Assembly (NCBI GenBank): GCA_964016885.1
Contig: OZ024740.1
Coordinates: forward strand, 50,344,001-50,408,000
Direction: 5' to 3'
From: Eledone cirrhosa
Taxonomy: Eukaryota
Length of the DNA stretch: 64,000 bases
Shown here: positions 23,575 to 34,451 of the stretch, one piece after another
Position numbering within the stretch: the stretch's first letter is position 1
Layout of the letters: every line of letters starts with the position of its first letter
Position numbers and translations under genes: made by a program
Notes under the pieces: generated by a model
The model's input: the letters and a program-made list of their open reading frames with translations, nothing else
The model's database searches: none
What the model was told of the DNA's origin: nothing

Positions 23575-26500
23575 ACGCTCAGCGACAATGCCAAAGATAA
23601 AGACAAATTCACCTCGTGGACGAGAATGCGAGCACTCCTCCTCTTTGTTTCGGCCGCGGATGGCTAACATAACCCCATCTCCCCCCGCGCCCCACCGCTC
23701 GCACCCTCCAAACGCAATCCAAAACTTCAGAGTTGGTACCATGAATGTAGGCACCTTAAAGGGCTCTAACGAGGTTGTAGAAATGCTTGAACGTAAGGAG
23801 GTCGATGTTTGTTGTATTCAAGAGACCAGGTGGAGGGGTGGGTCTGCTAGATTCATTGTGGGTAAAAAACGATGCTATAAGCTTTTCTGGGTGGGAAATG
23901 ACAACCGGCTGGGTGGAGTAGGAATCATGGTAGCAGAAAAGTGGGCAGATAAGATAATAGACGTAAATAGAGTGAACGACAGAATAATTAAAATAAGACT
24001 TGTCCTCAATAGAACTACGGTGACAGTAATATCTGCGTACGCACCCCAATCCGGACTGCCCGGCACTATAAAAGACAGATTCTATGAGACACTGATGCTC
24101 ACTACCTCCCAAATAACCGACAGTGACTATATAATTATTGCAGGCGACCTAAATGGCCACGTTGGACAACATTGTGACGGCTACGACGGAATCCATGGAG
24201 GCTATGGGTTTGGTACTAGAAATGAGGAAGGCTCCAGAATCCTGGAATTCTGTGACGCAAATAACCTAACTATCTGTAACACTAACTTCAAAAACGAGAC
24301 AATCACCTGATCACCTACAGATCAGGGGAACATACCAGCCAGGTAGATTATATCCTTACCAGAAGACGTGACAGAGTGTCTGTTGTAAACACTAAATCCC
24401 TCCCCCATGAAGAATGCACCTCCCAACATAGACTTATAATTAGCGACCTAATAGTCAGGACGAGACGTACTAGACAGCAGAAGAGGACTATCCTCAGGAG
24501 AAAAATATGGAAGCTAAAGGACCCCACAGCCAGAAATAAATTTAAAAGCATACTACTTGATGCTTTTGACAGTAAGGAAGAGCAATTAGAGTCATACAAT
24601 ATAGAAGAACAGTGGGAATTCCTGAAAGCAAACCTGTTGATGGCGGCAGACGAAGTCTGTGGCTGGAGCAGGCCTGTAGGCAGGAGGAGAGTAACATGGT
24701 GGTGGAACAGTAAGGTGGAGGGGTCAATTAAGGCCAAAAAGCAGGCTTGGAAAGTATGGCGGGATGGGGGAAGTAGAGAAGACTATCAAGTGGCCAGGAG
24801 GGAAGCTAGGAGACAAGTGTACTTCGCAAGAAGGGAAGCAGAGGAAAGAAAGTTCAAGCATGTTCTACAACGCGAGGACCAAAAACGTTAGGTGTTCAGG
24901 ATTGCTAGGCAATGTGACAAGGAAAACCGTGATATTGTCGGGGAGAAGTGTGTACTTAATGATGATGGCGTACTTGCCATCACCGACGTTGATAAGAAGG
25001 TAGCTTGCAAGTGTCACTACGAAAGGCTACTAAATGAGGAGAATAAATGAGAGAAAGACAGTCTCCCCCACATCGACCCAATAGAGGGACCAGCAGTGTT
25101 AGTCGAGGGTAGTATAATAAGTAAGGCAATCAAAGATATGAAGACGGGTAAGGCAGCTGGGCCTTTGGAAATAGTTGCTGAGATGCTGAAGGCATCTGGA
25201 ACGGCAGGACACACCATGGTCACCCGGATAGTAAACCAAGTCATACAGAATGGGGTTGTTCCGAAGGACTGGCGTAGCAGCATCATCATTAACTGTTATA
25301 AGGGTAAAGGAGATGCCCTAGATAGGAGTAACTATAGAGGCATTAAATTAATCAACCAGGTCATGGAAAAAGTAATAGCGCAACTAATCAGAGAGAGAAT
25401 TGATCTAGATGAAATGCAGTTCGGGTTTGTGTCAGGCAAAAGTACCATAGACGCTCTTTTCATTGTACGACAACTACAGGAGAAGTACCTAGCTAAAAGT
25501 AAACCCCTATACTTAGCTTTTGTCGACTTGGAGAAAGCCTTCGACAGAGTCCCCCGTTCCATTATCTGGTGGGCTCTTAGAAAACTAGGTGTTGACGAAT
25601 GGCTTGTGAGAGCTATACAAGCCATGTATAAAGAAACAGTCAGCAAGGTTAGAATTAACAACGAATATAGTGAAGAGTTTAGCGTAAAAGTTGGTGTCCA
25701 TCAGGGCTCTGTTCTTAGCCCCCTACTATTTATTATTGCCCTTCAGGCTATAACAGAGGAGTTCAAGACCGGCTGCCCATGGGAACTCCTATACGCAGAT
25801 GATCTAACGCTCATAGCTGAATCAATGGTCGAGCTAGAGAAAAAATTCCAAACATGGAAGCACGGCCTAGAATCAAAAGGCCTTAAAATTAACCTGGCTA
25901 AGACTAAAGTTCTAGTTTGTAAGAAAGAAAATAAGGCGGTGGTCCCTTCCGGGAAGTGGCCATGCTCAGTGTGTAGGAAAGGCGTAGGTAGAAACTCCAT
26001 TTTATGTCCCAAATGCAAAGTATGGGCGCATAAAAGATGTAGTGGGATCACAGGTAAGCTAACTAAGAACATAGATTTTACATGTGGCCGGTGCTCTGGT
26101 GCAATAAGTAGCAGCAAGTGCCCACAAAATACTAGCTCTTTCAATTGCGCAGAGGGTTCTATAGAAATAGTGGACAGCTTCCGTTACCTGGGTGACAAAA
26201 TTAGCAGTGGGGGAGGGTGCTCTGAAAGTACAGTAGCTAGAGTCAGAACTGGATGGAAAAAGTTCAGAGAGCTTATACCACTATTAGCCGCTAAAGGGTT
26301 CTCCCTAAAAATGAAAGGCAGGTTGTATGATGCCTGCATACGAACAGCAATGTTGCATGGCAGTGAGACCTGGGCATTGTGTGCAGAGGATATACGCAGA
26401 CTAGAGAGGAACGAAGCTTGCATGCTCCGCTGGATGTGTAATAGTAATATACGTGAACGGCAAAGCATAAACGAACTAAGGAAAAAATTAGAAATAAGAG

Positions 26501-27132
26501 GGATCAGATGTTGTTTACTCGAGAGAAGGCTACGTTGGTATGGTCACGTGATGCGCATGAAAGACGACAGCTGTATAACAAAGTGCAGGGCAATAAAGAT
26601 AGACGGTAGCCACGGAGTAGGCAGACCCAGAAAAACCTGGGACGACCTGATAAATTCCGACCTCACACACACCTCTCTAAGACAATGTCACTGGACCGAG
26701 ACCTTTGGCGGTACTCAGTAATAGAGAAGACCCGCCTTAGCTAAATACAAAGTAAAACCTACTACAGTCAGTAGGCATCTCTAACAAAATACACCCCCGT
26801 CCCACCACCCCCACCCCATCCCCCCTTTCAATGTAAAGTTATGTTGGTGCCACAACATCCAGGCCGAAACAAATGAGATCGTGTAGGTGTCACAACAAAA
26901 AAACACACAGTCCATGCTGTAATGTGGCCGTGTAGGCAACACGGTAAAAACCTCCCAGTCGCCCACTGTAAATGTGGTTGGTGTTGGGAAGGGTATCCAG
27001 CTGTAGAAAACCCGCCAGACAGTCCTATGCGAGCAATGACAACCACTCTTGCTTCAAGTGGGAAAACTCCCGTCCAAACCCATGCAAGCGTGGAACATGG
27101 ACGTTAAACGATGATGATGATGATGATGATGA
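23575..27132 (+). mobile_element. Near-full-length RTE-clade LINE (APE endonuclease + RT with PHD finger), disabled
   Basis: APE motifs MNVGTL, IQETRW, AYAP, GDLNGH. RT motifs FVDLEKAFDRV, GVHQGSVLSP, YADD, YLG, RLRWYGHV. Frameshift near 24300, stops at 24889 and about 25048, frameshift near 26665. 3' UTR ends in (GAT)n. Confidence 0.96.
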
Positions 27133-27264
27133 TTTCAAATTCTTTAAAAATATAGAAACAGTAGAAACTAAATGATTCCAATGTTTAAAATATGGTATAT
27201 TGTTAATCATCATCATCATCATCGTTTACCGTCCATATTCCACGCTTGCATGGGTTTGGACGGG

Positions 27265-28185
27265 TTCCTTTTAGCATTTCTTTGAGTTTTGGAAAGAGGA
27301 AAAAGTCTGATGGGGCTAAATCTGGACTATAAGGCGGGTGAGGAAGCACTTCCCATCAAAATTCTCGAAGAACTTCTTTTGCAACCCGTGCAGAATCCGC
27401 TGGTGCATTGTCATGATCAAACAAGATCCCACCATGCAGTTTCCCTTTTCGTTTCTTGACTAATGCCTCTTTCAGCTTCCTTAAAACATTTGCATAGTAA
27501 GCTCCTGTCACAGTTCTTTGACCTTCAAAATAATCTATTCGTATCACCCCATCTGAATCCCAGAAAATGGTGGCCATCACTTTTTGATCCGACTTTTGAG
27601 ATTTGAACTTGATTGGCTCCGATGATCCACGTGGAAGCTGTTTTGACTGCTGTTTGGATTCAGGATCATACTGGTAGATCCAGGTTTCATCTCCGGTGAT
27701 GATTCTGGTCAGGAAATGCTCTTCATCAACTTCAATTTTGTTTAATATCGCCAAAGACAGATCACTTCGAAGAATCAGCTGATCAGGGCACAACACTTTT
27801 GGGACCCATCGCACTGAAAGCTTGCTTAGTCCCAAATTATTGTGCAGAATTGAATTTGCCGAACCATATGAAATGTCTAGGGACTTAGCTAACTGATTAA
27901 CTGTTATTCTTCGATCTTCTTCAATTAAAGTCTGAGCAGCCTCAACGTTTTGGTCATTTTTTGATGTTGCTAGTCTTCCACTGCGATGGTCGTCTTCAAG
28001 GTCATCTCTCCCTTGTTTGAATTGCTGAATCCACTTGTAGACAACAGTTTTCTTTGGAGCAGTAGTACCGTAATCTGTGTCCCTTTTCATTTGAGTTTCA
28101 CCAGAAACTTGATATCCGATCTTATCTCAAAATAACTATTTTCCATTGTTCCAAAAAGAGGTTTTTTAAAGAGTGTCAGTACTGT
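27265..28185 (-). mobile_element. mariner (DD34D-type) transposase pseudogene
   Basis: RWVPKVL, TGDETW, HDNAPA, then after a frameshift PHPPYSPDLAPSDFFLFPKLK. The 3' end is cut by an RTE tail at 27207-27264. Confidence 0.92.
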
Positions 28186-31100
28186 ACAATAGTCCGCGCA
28201 TAACTGACTGCAAGTAACTAATAGCAAGGTAAACACCCTAGTCATTAGAGTGTTGAACAGGGGATTATATGGTCATGGGTTCGATTCCTCGACTGAGCAG
28301 CATGCTGTGTTCTTCAACAAGAAAATCATTTCATGTTGCTTTTCAAGATAGGACTAAATCATGAGAAATCCCCTATGAGATGCAACCTGGTATGAGGCTA
28401 GCTAGCTCTACACAGGTGTGAGCTGTCAATTTCATTTCATTTCTGGTTGAGCAACCATATAGAAATTTCCTTATTTGCTCATGGTTACAGTTGAAAGTTG
28501 AAGCTAGTAACAGAATGATGATTGTGATGGCATAAATAATAGGGAAAGAAACTTAATGAGTATTCATTAGAGAACCTAACTTTAGAATTTGTTTTTTATT
28601 TTTTATATTGGTAAAATCAAAATGGGAGTCATTTGTTGTTTACAAACTAACTACATAGTAAACATTATGCAGCATTCTTATGTGAAATATAATATCTATG
28701 GTCCTATATTTTGGCATCTAAACTGTATCCTATTCAATCTAAATCAGTAAGACTCTTTCTACCACCTTAATCACTTGATCTAGTAGCAAATTCCTTGTGT
28801 GATGCACCTTCAAATTCTTTCTCTCTTTCTCTGGTGCATCTCCTTTACCCTTGTAACAACTAACAATAGTGCTGATATAGCAGTCACCAGAAATAATACT
28901 TTCATAAATAGCTATGTAAGAGACTAAATTATCACTAAACCATCCTGCTGTTTTCAGCCTCAGCAACTATCCTTGAAGGTTCTTATACATTACTGATTTT
29001 CATAGCTTTAACTAACAGATATATCATCACACTTCTACAGCTAACAATAAGAGCCTCTATATAGTCACTAAACCTACATGAAATAGCAGTCAAGTCTCCC
29101 TTCAAATCATACTCTATTATCTTAAAAAAAGAGTCTCAATGGATAATGTTATCCTAACAACATTTTGTAATATTTCCTTGTTTCTGTTACTGAAGGAAAG
29201 ATTACTAAAATCATATCAAACATAATTTTCATTAACATCATCCTAATCTCTCTCTCTCTCTCTTCCACACACACCAACATTTGAAACATCCTCACAAATT
29301 GTTGGGTTTAAAATGCTGGAGTCAAACCTTCTAATCTTTGCTTCACCTTTACTTAGAACTAATATTTAGTTTTCTACCTAGCTTCTGAGAATAGCTTTCT
29401 GCTCTATTACTTTTTCCATCTAATGTCTACCATGATGGTCTGCTTTTATTTTTTTAGTTTTTTATATACTTAAGTCAATGGGGTGAGAGGTAGTGGCCAA
29501 GGCCATTGCAGAATTTTCCAATGACTGATGCCCAGCTTGAACATTTGCAAGGGAAAAAAAACATGGGTAGGGAGGAAACTCAATTGCTTATATCTTTATG
29601 AAACTTTATCCAATGACCAAGTGACATCCTCATCATCGTTTTTATGCCCATTTTTCCACTCGCATGGGTTGGATGGGTCCTTCTCAACACAACATCTCTC
29701 CATTCGCCACATTCCTTCATCATCTCTTCTGTGAGTCTCAGCGATTTGAGATCAGCTTTCACCACGTCTGCCCAGGTGTTCCTTGGTCTACCTCTAATAC
29801 AGCTTCCTTCCACTGGCACTTCATCACCCAGCAATCATCATTCATACACATTACATGTCTGTAGCAACACAGTCTATAGTCATCCTTTTATATGTTGGGA
29901 GAAACCTTTTGTTGTCAACAATGAGAGTAGCCCTTTCCTATCCATATTCTAGCTATTATGACCTCGGAGCACCCTCCGCCACTGCTAATTAAGTCACTTA
30001 GATTACGAAGTCCACAATATGTTAGGCCTAATACACAAATGACAGGGTTTCAGCTTTACATCAACAGAATCAATCAGTGGCTTCCAGTAAGTTGTCCCTT
30101 TACACAGTTGTACTGAGTTGATCCAACACATCCTGGTCCTTCTCTATATTATTGCTTCCAACCTGAAACTACTAGCCATTTGAAAATGGGAATTATGTTT
30201 GTAAAGTTGTCTAACAAATTCTATTTTAACTCTTTTGATACCAACCTGGCCAAAACTGGCTACACTTCTATTTTGATTAAACATCTTCCAGCATAAAAAT
30301 CATATATTTTAGTCATGAAATAATTCATAATTTTGATAAATTCCTCAAAATTCTTCATTAATTAATTGAAATAGGGTATATTTCATTTGAAATATGGTTG
30401 TGAAAGGGTGAAGACTATAATATTTTTCATTGCTTCTTTATAGGTCTATATATTCATACAATGGTTTGCTTTCTCAGAAAGAGAACTCAATATCTATGTA
30501 GAGTATATATTTTTATTGAGAGAGCAACTCCTCAGTGACTAATCAGTTTCATCTCAGTTTAAATTCATTGTTATTGAGACTAACAAGATCAAAAATGATT
30601 AGATATCTAGATGTCTCAGATACATTATTGTTAATAAAGTTATAACTATTCTGACTCTTAACCCCACCTGTACAGATGAAACTTTATTTTTTTATATATT
30701 TATATCTAAACTGTGTTTTAATTAGTTTGGATGCTGATGAGGTCTGTGATGCCTCATCCAACCCAAGCTAGCAGGGAAAATGGAAGTTAAATGATGATGG
30801 AGAGTACCAGTCTAAATCCAGTCCAGCACTATGTACAAATCTAGGAATAAAATGTATGATGATGATCAGTGAACATACTGATTAAGCTGGAAATGTTTCA
30901 TCTGTGCAAATGAGGTTGATAGTCAGAACAATTATAATATTATTAACAATAACTTATATCAGACATTTAGGCATTGAGTCAGATCTGATCAAGTTTTAAA
31001 TCACAATGATGATGATAGCTATCGTCCCTGAAGATTAACATACATAGATTCACACCCAAACACACATGCATAAAATAAAAAAGTAACACACACAATATAT

Positions 31101-32296
31101 ACATAAGTATTTTTTGTTGAATCACCAGTTTGAGGAGCAGATTGATAATGGAGTCAGGTCCATAACTTCTATGGTATTTTCATTGTTCAAAATATACATA
31201 TTTTAATGACTCTGCAGCCTGTGTACATTCTTCAAAGATACCTTATGTTACCAATGCCTACCATAAAAATGTAAGCCCTGAGAGCATTACCTTGATGAAT
31301 TTACCACTACAATGCTGCATTGAGTTCTATCTGCCCCATCTTAAATAGGTGTATACTAAACAAGTGTGTGTGTGTGTGTGTCTTCGACCTGTTTGTATTT
31401 ATCATTGTTGTGGTATAAGTATGGTCATTTGCATTTGGTCACTTTTCTTGGAGTCACACTTTAACTTTGTGTTCATGTATTAAATTTTCACACTATTGAG
31501 TGCTTTGTGACTGCCTCATACAATTTGATTGGTATCTGTTATATTGCAGCTACAACTTTGATTTAGACTTATTATTATTATTTATTAAAAATGAACAAGC
31601 AAAACACATGAGACAATTGTACACAGTTATATTAGGTTCATGCTTGGTGGAAGTGGAGGAGGTTTCAATGTTCGACCAGAACACACACACACACACACAC
31701 ACACAGAATTAATCATGTTAATATGAAGTAGTAACAGTAATAGAATAATTAGTTTACAACCACAGATTTGTGTGTTATGTAAAGATTGAAGAGAAGAAAT
31801 TACACTGAAGTGATATCTTGTTGCCTTCACTAGGTCAAGGGGAGGATTTGACTTCAGTACTACTAATTTATGATACACCATGAAAAATCTATAGTGCAAT
31901 GTCCTCTCCCCATCAGTGAGCTATAAAGTCATGTGGGTTGATTAGGCCATTTACAGTTCATTATCAGATATAATTGTTTCTACTTTAGGCACAAGGCCAG
32001 CAATTACTCAGTACATTACTGGTACTTTATTTTATCGACCCCATAAGGATGAACGGCAAAGTTAACCTCGGCGGGATTTGAACTCAGACTGTAAAGGGAC
32101 GTAACTATGCCAGAAAGCATGGCGTCCGACTCTCTACCGATACTGCCAATTCCCCGACCATCCAGTTCATTGCTACCACCAAGACAGAAACCATTGATGC
32201 TTTTACTTTTGACACACAGACACACACAGTCATCAATGTTTATGTTTACATTGATAAAACTGTTGAAAAAAGTCAAGATTATCATCAATAATGATA

Positions 32297-32331
<35 letters not shown>

Positions 32332-32599
32332 ATATGTGTATGTGAAATTGAATTTACAGCTCACGCCTCTGCAGGTTTAGCTGGCCTCCCTCAAAGTTGT
32401 ATCACATAGAAGATTTCTTGGGTGTTTTAATTATAAAGTTTGGAAATCCTATCATGAAAAGTAATGTGAAATGAAGTGTCCTATTTAAGAACACTAGCTA
32501 CCTGGTACAGGATTGAACCCACACACAATCTTATAATCATTAATACAACACCCTAACCACTAGGCCATGTGCCTTCACTATGTGTGTGATATGTTTGTG

Positions 32600-32651
<52 letters not shown>

Positions 32652-33561
32652 CTGTACATAAGCAAGACACAGATACCTGGCCTGCCAGAGAGATCGGTGG
32701 TTCCACTTCAGTACTGACTGTGTAGACATGTCCAAACCTTGCTAGCAGGGAGAGAGGACATTAAAACAATGATGGTGATATAACTTAGAGGTGAAGGGGC
32801 AGTATCCATTATCTTTTTTAAGGCTTCCAAAACAGGAGAAAGGCAGGTATCCTCTAATAGTAAGCTTGACCAAAGAGCTTGCAATGATGATAATTTTGCT
32901 ATATACACCCAGAAGCAGATGGTAGCATTGGATCAAATGTCAAGTTAAATCTGCCACCCAACAACAATAATGGCCCTGTCATCAACCTTCCATGCATTTT
33001 CTTCCATCAATCAAATGTCACTCATCCAAATATCAAATAGGGAAAATGTGTATACATATTAGTTTTCCCAACAGATAGGGAAAACCTGTAATGAAGATGA
33101 GGGAAATATGATGAACAGGAGAGTATCGGTAGAGGGTCGGACGCGATGACACATAGAGTTACGGCCCTTGCCATTCTGAGTTCGAATCCCGCCGAGGTTA
33201 ACTTTGCCTTTCATCCTTACGGGGTCGATAAAATAAACTACCAGTAATGCACTGGGTAATTGTTGGCCTTGTGCCAAAAAGTAGAAACAGTTATATATAA
33301 AGGATTGGAAATACAGAATTGATTACAAAAACAAAATTAAAATTTAGAGTAAGAAAATTATGATGGTGAGGATAACAACAACACTAATAATAATAATAAA
33401 AACTACAACCTCATGTCTACAGTATAGTGGTCCATGTTGAACAAATATCTTGTGAAAAGTTGAACACTGAATGGAATGAATGAGATATAAACAACTACTG
33501 GCAATCATTTTTCTGAAATGAACTCTGCCCAATTATTGTTGCAACTATTGTGATACTGGAA

Positions 33562-33594
<33 letters not shown>

Positions 33595-33671
33595 TCATCA
33601 TCATCATAATTTAACATCCGCTTTCTCTGTTAGCAAGGGTTGAACTATATATATGTGTGTGTATATGTATG

Positions 33672-33716
<45 letters not shown>

Positions 33717-33878
33717 AAAATAAATACAAAGACTAAATATGAAGAGGGCTCGATAAGGATTGTGTGTATATATATCAGAATATCATACATTCTCATACAT
33801 TCTCATCTCGGGAACAATTTTGAATAGCGCCAGTTCATAATTCAAACTCGGGAATTTTATATTCTCCGAGTGAAAAAA

Positions 33879-33964
33879 ACCTTCTGACAAGAGTTTTTCT
33901 TTTCAATGGAGGCCCGTAAGGACTGTCCATTTATTTTTGAGACTCGAAACCGTACGGTAAAGGT
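33879..33964 (+). ncRNA. Type I hammerhead ribozyme motif, copy 1 (G8>A: CUGACAA)
   Basis: ACCTT-CTGACAA-GAGTT...GACTC-GAAA-CCGTACGG-TA-AAGGT. Stems I, II and III all pair. Predicted cleavage after 33959. Confidence 0.75.
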
Positions 33965-34365
33965 AACCATAGCAGGTACAGTGAATTTTTTAAAATTTAT
34001 TTTAAAACTTTTTCTTATTTGCTAAACCTTGATTATATATGTTCTGGCTCGTTAATTTATTAACCTGCCATAGAATCACATTGGCATATGGTTGGATAAT
34101 ACACGTGTCCCTATATGTATTTTGCGTGTAGGGATATATACTTTATTATTATTAATCTCCCCCCTGGTCGAGATAACATTTAGTCGTTTTGACTGCTGCT
34201 GTTTCTAGTGGTAGTAGATTAACCTCTCCGCCTCTGCCTTCTATCTTTGCACACGGCACTGGACAGAATTGCTTCCACATCATTCATTCTCATCTCGGGA
34301 ACAATTTTGAATAGCGCCAGTTCATAATTCGAACTCGGGAATTTTATATTCTCCGAGTGAAAAAA

Positions 34366-34451
34366 ACCTTCTGACGAGAGTCTTTCTTTTCAATGGAGGC
34401 CCTTAAGGACTGTCCATTTATTTTTGAGACTCAAAACCGTACGGTAAAGGT
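34366..34451 (+). ncRNA. Type I hammerhead ribozyme motif, copy 2 (G12>A: AAAA)
   Basis: ACCTT-CTGACGA-GAGTCT...AGACTC-AAAA-CCGTACGG-TA-AAGGT. Confidence 0.75.

Noticed and set aside
23575-27132. Active autonomous LINE
   Set aside because: At least two stops and two frameshifts; no clear TSD found.
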